Counted from the first letter of the whole stretch, positions 13,850-26,400 are shown. The stretch is DNA of 63,578 nucleotides, filler included, from Octopus bimaculoides (GCF_001194135.2; 6 parts of 5 records of this genome joined end to end with filler, not necessarily neighbours in it), one strand, 5' to 3'. The notes: generated by a model from the letters alone, not told the origin. Made by a program: numbers and translations.

Positions 13850-14165
13850 CATATGTGGCACGTGAAAAGACATTCGAGCGAGTTCGTTGCCAGTACTGCT
13901 GGACTGGCCCTTGTGCAGGTGGCGCGTAAAATACACCATTTTGAGCGTGGCTGTTGTCAGTACCTCCTGACTGGCTTTCGTGCTGGTGGCACATAAAAGC
14001 ACCCACTACACTCTCTGAGTGGTTGGCGTTAGGAAGGGCATCCAGCTGTAGAAACTCTGCCAAATCAGATTGGAGCCTGGTGTAGCCATCTGGTTTCACC
14101 AGTCCTCCGTCAAATCGTCCAACCCATGCTAGCATGGAAAGCGGATGTTAAACGATGATGATGAT
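13850..14165 (+). mobile_element. RTE 3'-end copy
   Basis: aaagcacccactacactc...ggaagggcatccagctgtagaaac...ccatgctagcatggaaagcgga...(GAT)n, the same sequence as the LINE 3' UTR at 24520-24900. Confidence 0.75.
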
Positions 14166-14516
14166 ATTAATGTGTGTGTGTGTACATTAATTGTATGGAT
14201 GTAGGCACTAACTGCCTCAGTATCTTTATGAACCCCTTCTTAAGATAGCAACATCAAAACTATACATTAGCCATTTGTTCTACTTTCCTAAAACGTACTA
14301 AAGTGAAGGATAAATGCAGATCAAGCTGAAACAATGTGTTTATGGCACCTTGTGTCATGTCTATAACGCATGCACATAGAAAGTTGGCTTCACTAACACA
14401 TATCAAATATGCACAATCAGTTTGATCAAGTACCCTGTAGAAGACAGTAATGGCACATTGATATCCACCCTAATTTTCATGTAACATTTTAATTTTCTAT
14501 TTTTACTTCTGCAAAG

Positions 14517-14723
14517 GTTTCAGTGAAAATGGAAATGAACTATATGAAAATGACACCATTCCTTTTAGCCGTCTCCCGTGGTCACCTCGGAATGATCCAC
14601 AAATTGATAGCAAGGGGTGCAGAAGTAAATGCTCGCAACAATGAAGGCAACAATTGCCTGCACCTTGCTGTGAAGAAGGAGGTATTTCATTCTGAGGAAG
14701 AACCCTTAATTATTTTAAATGAG
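14517..14723 (+). CDS. Ankyrin-repeat exon (first identifiable coding exon)
   Basis: Encodes TPFLLAVSRGHLGMIHKLIARGAEVNARNNEGNNCLHLAVKK, ankyrin consensus. Pyrimidine tract plus AG at 14515-14516; donor GAG|gtaag at 14724. An alternative acceptor at 14522-14523 is possible. Confidence 0.88.
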
Positions 14724-15274
14724 GTAAGTTTTAAAATTGCTTGTTAGTATATGTGTGTGTGAGAAAGAGAGAGTGAAGGAGAGAGAGAGAGAGAAACAGA
14801 CACTTTGATTGTCATCTCTCAATTCACAGCCATCAACCCCTTTTCCTTTACAATTAAGTAACCCAGTCTTCTTGATAACCCTAGTTATATTTTGTAACTA
14901 ACAACATCCCATGTCCATCTACCCTCAAAGGCATGGCCTCTCCTCCGTAAAGAAAGTAATCCATCTTTGATCATCATCATCATCATCAAAAGAAGAAATA
15001 TTCCTTACTAATAATGATACATGGTAGAAAAGAGGTTTGTGTGACATGATAGCCAATAACCTTTATAGTGTTGGTGTCCTGATAAATACATCCAGTCCAT
15101 TCTATGAAGAATTCTTACCGAAACAGCTCCCTATCATACTTTTTTTATATGATATATATGCTCTGACATTTTGTGCAAATGCCATAAAAATGTTGAATCT
15201 CAAAACACTAGAGAATGGATACAACAAAGCAAAGTCCTTAGAGAGTTTTCCCTGCATTTAAATATTGTACAACT

Positions 15275-16425
15275 ATATATATTAGGCCTCACCGAGGCAA
15301 TGACTTCTGACCGAGACCTTTGGAAATATACTGTGCGTGAGAAGACCCGGCAAGCCAAGTAAGACCAAAATCCAACGCCTCTGCCTGGGGTGTAGCCAGC
15401 ACACTTACGCATAACACTCCTTCTTTGGACAATAAACTCTGCTTGCGAAGACCTGTTGGGGCAAGCGAAAGCGAAATCGTGATGGCACCTGTACCAGTAG
15501 ATCACTAAGAGCACCGTCCGAGCGTGATCATTGCTAGAGCACCAGCTGTCTGGTTTTTGTGCCGGGGGCATGTAAATAGCACCATTTGAGCGTGATCATT
15601 ACCAACATTGCCCTCCTGGCACATGAAAAGACAGTACCGCTGGACTGGCTCCTGTGCAGGTGGCACATAAAATACACCATTTCGAGCGTGGCCGTTGCCA
15701 GTACCTCCTGACTGGCCTTCGTGCCGGTGGCACGTAAAAACACCCACTACACTCTTGGAGTGGTTGGCATTAGGAAGGGCATCCAGCTGTAGAAACTCTG
15801 CCAAATCGTCCAACCCATGCTAGCATGGAAAGTGGACGTTAAACGATGATATATATATATATATCGTCGTCGTCGTTTAACGTCTGCTTTCCNNNNNNNN
15901 NNNNNNNNNNNNNNNNNNNNNNNNNNNNNNNNNNNNNNNNNNNNNNNNNNNNNNNNNNNNNNNNNNNNNNNNNNNNNNNNNNNNNNNNNNNNNNNNNNNN
16001 NNNNNNNNNNNNNNNNNNNNNNNNNNNNNNNNNNNNNNNNNNNNNNNNNNNNNNNNNNNNNNNNNNNNNNNNNNNNNNNNNNNNNNNNNNNNNNNNNNNN
16101 NNNNNNNNNNNNNNNNNNNNNNNNNNNNNNNNNNGCCACGCTCAAAATGGTGTCTTTTATGTGCCACCCGCACAAGCCAGTCCAGGGGCACTGGCAACGA
16201 TCTCACTTGAAAATCCTACGGGAGCCAGTCAGGCGGTACTGGCAACGGCCACGCTCAAAATGGTGCATCTCATGTGCCACCCGCACAAGAGCCAGTCCAG
16301 GGGCACTGGCAACGATCTTACTTGGCTTGCCGGGTCTTCTCACGCACAGCACATTTCCAAAGGTCTCGGTCAGTAGTCATCGCCTCGGTGAGGCCCAATG
16401 TACGAAGGTCTTGCCTCACCACCTC
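15275..16425. mobile_element. Tail-to-tail pair of RTE 3'-end copies (gap inside the second)
   Basis: The + copy ends ...gttaaacgatgat(at)n; the minus copy begins immediately with cgtcgtcgtttaacgtctgctttcc. Confidence 0.75.
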
Positions 16426-16888
16426 AGCCCAGAATAATATTATTCCATAACTATTTCTTTTAGTATGGCCAGTTGTATGAATAGGCTCTTCTTGGCTTGT
16501 GTTTTATTATTGCGACATTTGTTCCATTGTAACTTCATGCTGTGATGTTTATCTATTGTTTATTTTCATTGACTGTATCATGATGTTTGTGATTGGCAAG
16601 TCAATATTAACTCATTCAGTAATAATTGAACTGAATGTTAACCACTAATGTGTGTTTTGTTCAATACAATGATCATAAATATTGTCCTAACGTAGAAAGT
16701 AGAGTAAAAACAAAAGATAATGGGAAATGGACTCGACTGGAGATGATGTAGGAACTCAACAACATTGTGTAATCAGTTTAATTACTGGGTAAACAAGCTA
16801 CATGAAGATGTAGTTGAACTGTTGTGCAATCTATAATGTAAATATTGTGTAATCTTTTACTCATTGTTTTATATTTCATCATTTGTAG

Positions 16889-17064
16889 TGCTGCACTGAG
16901 CTCAAACTGAGAAATGAAAACCGGCTCTCGGGTGTAGTGGTTGCTAGTTACCTGGCCCTCCAGGGAGCTGACTTTTACTGTAAAAACAAAAATGGCATAG
17001 CACCACTGGACCTCATTAAAAATGCAAAATTGAATATTAAAGTAATGACATTATTCCCACCACA
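16889..17064 (+). CDS. Degenerate ankyrin-repeat exon
   Basis: tttgtag|TGC...CA|gtaagt. Reads CCTELKLRNENRLSGVVVASYLALQGADFYCKNKNGIAPLDLIKNAKLNIKVMTLFPP (GAD...N..G..PL ankyrin-like). Phase 0 in and phase 2 out match its neighbours. Confidence 0.85.
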
Positions 17065-17683
17065 GTAAGTATTCACTATCGATGACAAGATAAACCAGTA
17101 CAGTTTCTATTTTTTATATCATCATATTTATATGTTTGCAATGTTTTAATTTAGCTGTAACTAGGGGTAGATTTCTATCCAATGGTTTCTTATTTGGTCC
17201 TTCAATGTATGATTATGTAAGGAACTATGCTTTTAATATCTGTCTCAACAGATTTCCAAAATTTCCTGGTGGATGGCCAGATTTTGTTCAACTGTAATGG
17301 TGGGGGAAGACACACGATGCCAGCCACCGAAAGGATCAATTTGATAGCTGGACCATTTCTCACAATCCTTTTAATCATACAATGATAGTGTATCTTTGAT
17401 TGACCTGAAATCATCAGGAAGTTAATGGTGCATAGAAATATGACATTTATTGCAGTCAACTCATCAATTTTGAAAAATGTTGTCAAGTTTTGTACATATA
17501 TATTGTATTGTATTCTCAAAGCGTTCTTCTATTTTAGAACAGTGACTTGTTTTGTTACATCAATCTCCTATATATGAAGCTATAGCAATTGTGTCTCATC
17601 TCTCAATCCATAAAATTCAAAACCAGATGTCTAAATATGGAGGACTTGTTAAACAGATTAGATACAATTAAGTGTTTTATATT

Positions 17684-18055
17684 GTTGTTGGCACTCCGTC
17701 GCTTATGACGTCGAGGGTTCCAGTTGATCCGATCATCGGAACAGCCTGCTCGAGAAATTAACGTGCAAGTGGCTGAGCACTCCACAGACACGTGTACCCT
17801 TAACATAGTTCTTGGGGGAGATTCAGCGTGACACAGTGTGACAAGGCTGACCCTTTGGATTACAGGCACAACAGAAACAGGAAGTAGAGTGAGAGAAAGT
17901 TGTGGTGAAAGAGTACCGCAGGGTTCGCCACCATCCCCTGCTGGAGCTTTAGGTGTTTTCGCTCAATAAACACTCACAACGCCTGGTCTGGGAATTGAAA
18001 CCGCGATCCTATGACTGCGAGTCCGCTGCCCTAACCACTGGGCCATTGCGCCTCC
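17684..18055 (-). mobile_element. Near full-length tRNA-derived SINE
   Basis: Reverse complement ggaggcgcaatggcccagtggttagggcagcggactcgc...ggtttcaattccc; highly similar to 54020-54405 and 49845-50190. Confidence 0.8.
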
Positions 18056-18089
18056 ACAAGTGTTTTATATATACATATATTAATAGTTG

Positions 18090-18953
18090 TACATGGTCTT
18101 ATCAACAAGTATCCTGAGTGTTGCCATAGTAATGATGCTAAAGCACACAGAGTGAAGCTGCTTGGCACAGATTGACCTTAATCTCTGTTGTGCATGCTCA
18201 GCTTTAACATTCCAGCTCACTTCCACTGTTTACAGCAGTGCTTGGGAGGAAGGTGTGTAGCATGTGATTGTCGCATTGACATAGAAAGTTGAGCAGAGAG
18301 TCTGCATCAAATTTTGCCAAAAGCTTGGCGATACCTGCTCAAAGGCCTATACAAAGTTTCCAAAAAGTTTTCCTCATTCTTGACACAATGAAGGCGATCT
18401 TCTGCAACTGAAACCCAAGTGTCTTCTTGGTCAGCTGAAAGTTTTGGTACAAATTTGGCAGACATGCGTCTCATACCCAAATGAACTAAACTGTAACTAA
18501 CCTGTGCATCCTCGGATAACTCAAGGATGGTGAGTTGACAGTTTCCCCTCACTGCTGCACGCACATCTGTAATGTCTTTCTCAGTTGTGCTGGTTGTGAG
18601 TCTCCCAGAATGTTTGTCAATATCAACGTTTTTTTCAGCCATCTTGGAAACATCTAAACCACTTGTATGCTTGTGTGTGGCTCATACACCCCTCACGATA
18701 CACATTCTGCAACCTTGCGTAGGTCTCTGAGCAGGTATCGCCATGTCAACTTTCTTTCTCATGGTCAATGCAACGATCACATACTACACACCTTCCTTCC
18801 AAGCACTGCTGTAAACATCAGAGGTGAGTTAGAACACTAAAACTTAGTGCGCATGCACAGATTAAGATCAATCTTCGCCAAATGGTTTCACTCTGCATGC
18901 TTTCAATTTGTTACTATGGCAACAGTCCAGATAATTATTGATCAGACCTCATA
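18090..18953 (-). mobile_element. Fold-back non-autonomous mariner with ~250 bp inverted arms
   Basis: TA-bounded ends (tacatggtcttatcaacaagtatcc / reverse complement tatatgaggtctgatcaataattatc). The minus strand encodes a transposase relic (KWFRCFQDG...RRMSAKFVPK). The 5' region is duplicated in inverted orientation at ~18090-18350. Confidence 0.8.
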
Positions 18954-19313
18954 TATAGACACAAACCTGTGTACATGTATATTTGTTCATAAGAAATGGA
19001 GTCTAGAAGTGAAGTATGGATTTTGAATATATGTAGTGCACTGTGTGCCCACCTGTTTTTCTGATGTATCAGAGTCAAGACATATATTGAACAATATCTG
19101 TATAAATATACACATGTATGTGTGTGTGTGTGTGTGTAGCACTTATATACACATAAATCTGTCTGTACGGAATTGTTTAAAACAGAATTTGTGTGACACA
19201 CATGATGGTCACAGCAGAATTTCATAATATTTTGTACTGCAAACATGTATACCATGTAATATTTGTTATAAAGGAATGTTGTTGATGGGATGTGTTTATA
19301 TTTTGTTACATAG

Positions 19314-19456
19314 ATGTCGCTGGTGTCAAGAGAAAAAGGCCTCTGTCACACTTCATCCATGTCAACATATTCTTGTTTGTGAGAACTGCTGTTCTGAAAT
19401 GACATTTAAGAGATGCCCCATGTGTCGACAAAGCGTACTCAGGAAAAGTGGATTTG
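19314..19456 (+). CDS. C3HC4 RING finger exon (IAP/MIB-type)
   Basis: CRWCQEKKASVTLHPCQHILVCENCCSEMTFKRCPMCRQSV. Acceptor tacatag, donor G|gtaag; phase 2 in, phase 1 out. Confidence 0.92.
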
Positions 19457-19924
19457 GTAAGATAATTTATGGTGATCTGTTATTGACATTATAGTGTGGA
19501 ATAATGTACTTCGTGCTTTTGTGTAGTCCCAGGTTTGTCATAATGTGACAAATTTATGATAGGTGTCTCTGAGGTCTTTTCTTTGTGATAGTATATCTAT
19601 CATTACATCCACTAGATATTGTCTTTATCTAATTTTAAGATTTGTCACACTTGAAGAGTGTTGTGGTTTGTGACATAAGACTAATGAATAATGATGAATG
19701 ATAGATAGTAATTAACTGAAATTTCAATAAATCTCCAGTGTTCTATTTGTAAACATGAACATTTTACTTTCAATTGTGAGTGATTAAAGGTGATTAATGA
19801 TTTACTAGTGTAATGGGGAGCTGATAAAGACAATGTTACTCACAAGAACATCAGAGTCAGCTTTGATAAAGTAGGAGATTCAATGGCAAAATCTCAACTG
19901 AGAGTTTAAGGACCAACATCAGAG

Positions 19925-20180
19925 AGTGAAGGCCTAGTGGTTAGGCTGTTGCACTCACGATCACTGGGACAGGAGTTCGATTCCCAGACAGGGCACCACA
20001 TTGTGTTCTTGAGCAAAACTCTTCATTTCATATTGCTCCAGTCCCTTCTTTCGATCAGGGATGGAGAATGTTGGCCTGCTTGGTTAGCCAACAGATATCA
20101 TTTGAAGCCTAAAACAATGCATTGTGGCCAGAGATGTCTAACAGCATCTGACAGTCCATTTGGTCACGTGATCATGTGAC
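19925..20180 (+). mobile_element. tRNA-derived SINE
   Basis: ggcctagtggttagg...ggagttcgattccc head, then gtgttcttgagcaaaactcttcatttc. Confidence 0.65.
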
Positions 20181-20439
20181 ATTTTTTGGATAACACTTTC
20201 TATTCATATAAACATTTATATTCTCACACTTCTCAGTTTCTTAATGATATTAATACTAATAGAAGCTCAGTTTTGTTTGTCTTTCACAATTTGGTTTTAG
20301 TTCTGATTTGATTGTTTCGTTCAAATTACCCCATGAAACCGTGCCGTTCTTGTTTTACCTGGGAAAGGAATTACAATTAGTACTTTGCACAATTTTTCAT
20401 GGCACTACCATAATAGCAACTGTGCCGAGACACAATCAT

Positions 20440-20720
20440 CATCATCATCATCGTTTAACGTCCGCTTTCCATGCTAGCATGGGTTGGACGATTTGACTGA
20501 GGACTGGTGAAACCGGATGGCGACACCAGCCTCCAATCTGATTTGGCAGAGTTTCTACAGCTGGATGCCCTTCCTAGCGCCAACCACTCCGAGAGTGTAG
20601 TGGGTGCTTTTACGTGTCACCCGCACGAAGGCCAGTCAGGCGGTACTGGCAACGGTCACGCTCAAAATGGTGAATTTTACGTGCCACCCGCACAGGAGCC
20701 AGTCCAGGGTCCCTGGCAAT
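20440..20720 (-). mobile_element. RTE 3'-end copy
   Basis: Reverse complement of the 13850-14165 family. Confidence 0.75.
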
Positions 20721-22094
20721 GATCATATTTATTGTTAATGAACGTCACATGTTCTTTAGTCAGATTATATGCAATCTATCTTGTACTGTAATGATAGACA
20801 GTGTGCTATTCTATTTCCCATATCCCCATTAATATGACATTTAATTAGCCATCATTCATTACCATTCTTACATGTCTATGTCTGGAATGTAACCTATTTT
20901 CTCATAGCATCATCTTGTACCCTCACCTAACATTTTATAACTTGTTACTCTTTATGTAATTTCACTGTTTTTCTTGGGTACAAGACCACATCCCTAAAAA
21001 CTGGGATTATTGACATCTATGGTTTAGTAAGGTCCAGATGGTTCTGTGTCTTGGCTTCATTCCATAGGAAACAGTATATTGTGAAACGTTCTGTATATTT
21101 ATTTGATACAAGGTAGATGTACCTTATAAAGCTTGTAGAGATATTTTCAATTAGTTGATCTCAGTTAGCATTAGTGACAAATGTTGTATAGTAGTGGTGA
21201 TGGCATGTGGTGTGAGTAGGGTTAACATATTCCTTGTAATATCTTTTTATTTTAACAATGACATCAGAAAGACAGTTTCTATCAGTTAAACCCTTCTGCA
21301 AGGGAATAAATTTTGCTTCTTGAAATTTGCTGGGTTTCACCATATTGCGATCCACCATATTGATAGAGAGGACATCAAGAATGTGAAAAACTTTGATTGA
21401 TATATAGATTAGTACTCTTGAGTACCAGGTCTTCTGTGCCTTCTGTGTTTTAGGAGGACTAATACCACTTTCTGTTCCACCTGTGTAGAAGTAATCATTT
21501 TTCATCCGGAAAGAAAGCTGCTTTATTTAGGAGGACGAATGATGTTCAGATGTCTTAAAGTATCTCCTGAATCAATTGACATTCTGGTGAAGTGTATTGT
21601 GGAGAGTTAGAATTAAGGATTACAGAAAGCAAAGAGAGCAGGTGTATCTTGATCCTACCTGATCATGTGGTGTGTCATGTGTTTGTAACCACATCTTTGA
21701 TGACCAACTTAGTTGACATTGGAATTAAGCAGAAGATGAGGAGAATGTCGGTTAGTGAAATCTAGAGGAGAGAGGACAATGCCGTGTCATAGATTTGGCA
21801 CAGATATAAGAAAAGAAAGACAGAACAAAGAGATAAACAATGTCATCGAGTGATAATTAAATGAGATAATTGCAACATTGATAGATTATGTAGGATGCCT
21901 TACTAGAGAGATAAAGTTTAGGGATGTTATTCTATTTAACTGTACGCCTAAATATTGAGCTCTTACATGGTAACACTGTTGAAACAGTAGAAAGGTTGAT
22001 CTTCAATGAATGAAATGTTTCATGAAAATGAAATATAGATTAGTAACAAAGAAATTCTACCATGAAGTATAAAACTTGGAAATATTTATTTCAG

Positions 22095-22145
22095 AAAGTC
22101 CAATGTTTGAAGAGAAAGAAGTGCAGACAGTTTCAGATGCAGTTA
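22095..22145 (+). CDS. Mini-exon 1 (51 nt, phase 1-1): ESPMFEEKEVQTVSDAV
   Basis: atttatttcag acceptor, gtgagt donor, open frame, KEVQT motif. Confidence 0.75.
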
Positions 22146-22364
22146 GTGAGTATAAATTAACAGTAACTAATTGATTTCTATAACGTTCAACTTCAGGTTA
22201 AGCAAAACGTTTCAAGTGAAAGCTCCACAGGTTTCATTCCTAATTTCCATTTAAAAGGTTATCTGAGAAGTAATTCTATTTAAGAGATTACTGAAATTTC
22301 ATAAAATCAGGGTTAGCATGGTTGGTAAAATGGACAAAGTCAGACGACACAATAGAATTAATAG

Positions 22365-22562
22365 TGCCGTCTGACTGGCTCCCATGCCAGTGGCACATAA
22401 AAAGCACCCACTACAATCTTGGAATGGTTGGTGTTAGGAAGAGCATCCAGATGTAGAAACCTTACCAGATTGGAGCTTGGTGCAGCCTCGTGGCTTGCTA
22501 GTCCTCAGTCAAACCGTCCAACCCATGCCAGCATGGAAAGCGGACGTTAAATGAAGATGATA
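22365..22562 (+). mobile_element. RTE 3'-end copy
   Basis: Same 3' UTR family with gatga tail. Confidence 0.7.
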
Positions 22563-24204
22563 ATGATTGTCTTTTAGAATAGAGAACTAAAGTGTTATTT
22601 ATGTGTAAACATGGGACTTAATTAGAATATTTTTGTTTCTTTTTCTGCTAAGATTTCCGATAGGTTAGGGTTGTTGTTGATGTTATTGTCGAGCCAGATG
22701 TCCGTCAAATCATGTCGTCTTTTGATGGGGTAGATATCCAGAATGTCTTTGACTAGAATATATATTGAAGTTGTAAATTAAAACAATACTATATTAACTC
22801 TGTATAAGAATATTGCTCATTAAATTACTTCTAATTAATGTTTAATTTTATATTGAACTGTGAACATCTGTTTACATTTAAACAAAGTATTGGTATTAAG
22901 ATGAAATATACAGATAGGAATAAAATATGAGTTGTTGGTGTGATTTGAACACACATATCCCTGTTGGTAACTGTATATGATTAACACCAGCTATATTCCT
23001 GGAATAACATTTATTATCCATATAGGCATTCTTGTATTCACACTTATTGGCATTTAGATGATATCAATACTAAGAGAGGAATAGTTTTCTGAGGCTTTAC
23101 CTTTAAGTTTTGCTTCTGACTTGGTTGTTACATTCAAATTAGATTACGAAATCTGGTGATTGTTATTTGACCAGGAAAAAAAAAAATTACTATTTCATTT
23201 GGTGCTGGACCTGGTAACCTTTTACCTTGACTGCTTATGGAACTACCATAATATCAACTATGCTGAGACACAATCGTATTCATTGTAATGAATAACACAT
23301 GTTCTTTAATCGAATTATATACAGTCTGTAAGAATATATAGTATCACAATATCAGGCAATGTCCTATTGTACTTTCCATATACTCTATTAACATGATAAT
23401 TAATCTGCTATCATTCAGTAACTCTTTTATACTTGTATATCTTAAATTTAATCATATTTTTTTTGTCACAGCATCATCTTCTACCCTCATCTTACATTTT
23501 ACTCCTAGTTACCTTCTGTGCATTTCTACTGCTTTTCTTGGATACAAAACCACATCCATACAAACTGAGATTATTGACTTCTCTAATCCTGTAATGTCTA
23601 GATGTTCTTGTGTCTTGTCTTCATTCCATATGAAATAATATGTGAATCGTTTCTGTGTATTTATGTGACACTAATTAGATATATTTTATAAAGCAAGATA
23701 GTGACATTTTTAATTAGTTGATCTCAATTAGCATTGGTTACAAATGTGGTATAGTAGTGGCGATGGAGTGTAATGCGAGTAGGGTTACATATTTCTTGTA
23801 ATGTTCTTATATTAATAATGCCATCAAAGAGACAGTTTCTGTCAGTTAAGCTCTTCTGCATGGATGTAATCTTGTGTCTTCGAAGATGTTTGTCACTGGG
23901 ATTTTGCTCTTTTGAAGTCAACCACATTGATATAGTAGATATGAAAGGAGCGGGCAAGAATTTTTGACTAATGTTTAGAAGGGGTTTGACAGAGATCTTT
24001 TCTATTCTTGTGAACCAGGCCTTATGTACCATTTCAGATATTTTCACTGCAATTGGTGGATGTCCAGATGAGCATAAGAAAATGTAAGCCAAAACCATAT
24101 TGTTCACCACTTGACCATTGATGATCAGAACGTCTCACAATAATATAATGTAGATTAGCAGAGATACTCGGCCTTGCTTGGGATTAAAATAGCATAGTTG
24201 TTTT

Positions 24205-24520
24205 ATTGTTTTACTTGTTTCAGTCACGTGACTGCGGCCATACTGGAGCACCGCCTTTAGTCGAACAAATAGACCCCAGGGTTTATTCATTGTAAGCTAG
24301 TACTTATTCTATCAGTGTCTTTTGCCAAACCGTTTAGTTATGGGAACGTAAACACAGCAACATCGGTTGTCAAGTAATAATGGGGGTACATACACAGGCA
24401 CAAACAAATGCGTGCGCACGCACACACACAAATATGCACATATCTACAACAGACTTCTTTCAGTTTCCATGTACGAAATCTACTTGCAAGGCTTTGGTTG
24501 GCCTGAGGCTATGATATCGT
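24205..24520 (-). mobile_element. SINE
   Basis: gactgcggccatactggagcaccgcc...gtacttattctatcag...gtaaacacagcaacatcggttgtcaag, shared family core. Confidence 0.6.
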
Positions 24521-25910
24521 CGTCATCATCGTTTAATGCCCGTTTTCCATGCTGGCATGGGTTGGACAGTTTGACTGGAGACTGGCAAGCCAGGAGGCCA
24601 CACCAGGTTCCAGTCTGATCTGGCAATGTTTCTACAGCTGGATGCCCTTCCTAACGCCAACCACTCCGAAAGTGTAGCAGGTGCTTTTTACATGCCAGCG
24701 GCATGGGAGCCAGTCAGTCTGCACTGGCATTGACCACATTCAGATGGTGCTTTTTATGTGCCACGAGCACGGGGAGCCAGCTAGGCAGTGACCCACACAT
24801 GGATGTATGGTGCTTATTGTGTGCCACCAGTACTGATAATGGCCACAACTACAATTTCCATTTGGTTGTGATTTAATTTGATTTTGATTTACTTGACTCA
24901 ATAGGTTTCCTCAAGGATGGCATTTTGCCCGACGATTCAAAGGCACTTTTTAAATGGGCTGCTTATGCGACACGGGTGTAGGCTATGGCTGTGATCTCAC
25001 TTTCCTTGCCGAGTCTTCTCAATCACAGCATATCTCCAGAGGTCTCAATCTTTCGTCATTGCCTCTGTGAGGCCCAACATTCAAAGGTCATACTTGACCA
25101 CCTCATTTCATATCTTCCTGGGTCTACCTCTACCCCGGATTCCTTCAACTGTTTGGGAGTGGCACTTCTTCACACAGCTCTCCTCATCCATCCATAGTAC
25201 ATGACCATACCAACACAAACGTCTCTCTTGCACACTGCATCTGATGCTTCTTATGTCCAACATTTCTCTCAGGGTGCTTACACTGTCGTGTGTGCACACT
25301 GACATAACACATCCAGCGGATCTTGCCAGCTTCATTTCTTTCGAGCCTACGCATGTCTTCAGCAGTCATGGCCTGTGTTTCACTGCTGTGTAGCATGGCT
25401 ATTCGCAGACATGCATCATACAATCTACCTTTCACTCTGAGCGAGAGGCCCTTTGTCATCAGTAGGGGTAGAAGCTTTCTAAACTTTGCCCAGGCTATTC
25501 TTATTCTAGTGGCAATGCTCTCTGAGCATCCACCCTCACTACAGATTTGGTCACCTAGGTAGCAGAAGCTATCAACTACTTCTAGTTTCTCCCCCTGGAG
25601 TGGGATGGAATCAGTTTTCTGAGCATCTATGGTGTTTATTGCCCCTGGGCATCTGCTACATAAAAAAGCTATCTTCCCAGTTAACCTTCCTTTGATGTTG
25701 CTGCACCTCTTATGCATCCATAGCTTACACTGGGTACATCTTATAGAGTTTCTACCTATACCTTTTCTACAGATTGATCAGGGCCAGCTACCTGAAGGCG
25801 TTTGTGATGTGTTTGCCTTCCTAATTACTAGGACTTTGGTTTTTGCAACATTGACTCTAAGGCCCTTCGATTCTAAACCTTGCTTCCACACATGAAATTT
25901 CTTCTAGTTC
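24520..25910 (-). mobile_element. RTE-clade LINE, 3' part of RT plus 3' UTR
   Basis: GLRVNVAKTK...LEVVDSFCYLGD...RIRIAWAKFRKLLPLL...WYGHVLWMDE...RGRGRPRK, then the 3' UTR ending in a (GAT)n tail. Confidence 0.88.
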
Positions 25911-25954
25911 TGGTTGTGATTCTGCAATGAGAGCAAGGTTGATTTTTATTATAG

Positions 25955-26055
25955 ATTTGGAGCCTGGTGTAGCCATCTGGTTCACCAGTCCTCAGTCAAA
26001 TCGTCCAACCCATACTAGCATGGAAAGCGGACGTTAAACAATGATGAACGATGAT
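25955..26055 (+). mobile_element. Short RTE 3'-end copy
   Basis: ttggagcctggtgtagccatctgg...ggacgttaaacaatgatg. Confidence 0.65.
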
Positions 26056-26163
26056 ACATACATACATACATATANNNNNNNNNNNNNNNNNNNNNNNNNN
26101 NNNNNNNNNNNNNNNNNNNNNNNNNNNNNNNNNNNNNNNNNNNNNNNNNNNNNNNNNNNNNNN

Positions 26164-26218
<55 letters not shown>

Positions 26219-26400
26219 ATATATATATATATTTTTATATATATATATGTATGTATGTATATATGTAATGTGAGATAATAGTTTCATTATGTATATATCA
26301 TATACATTGTGAAACTATTATCCCACATTACAATAGAGATGTTATTGTTTCACTTTTGACATGTATTACTGAAACAGTCTAAGAGATTGCTCCGGGCTCG

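Noticed and set aside
17990-18055. tRNA-like sequences with A and B boxes (several sites)
   Set aside because: They are SINE heads continuing into SINE bodies; there is no complete cloverleaf.
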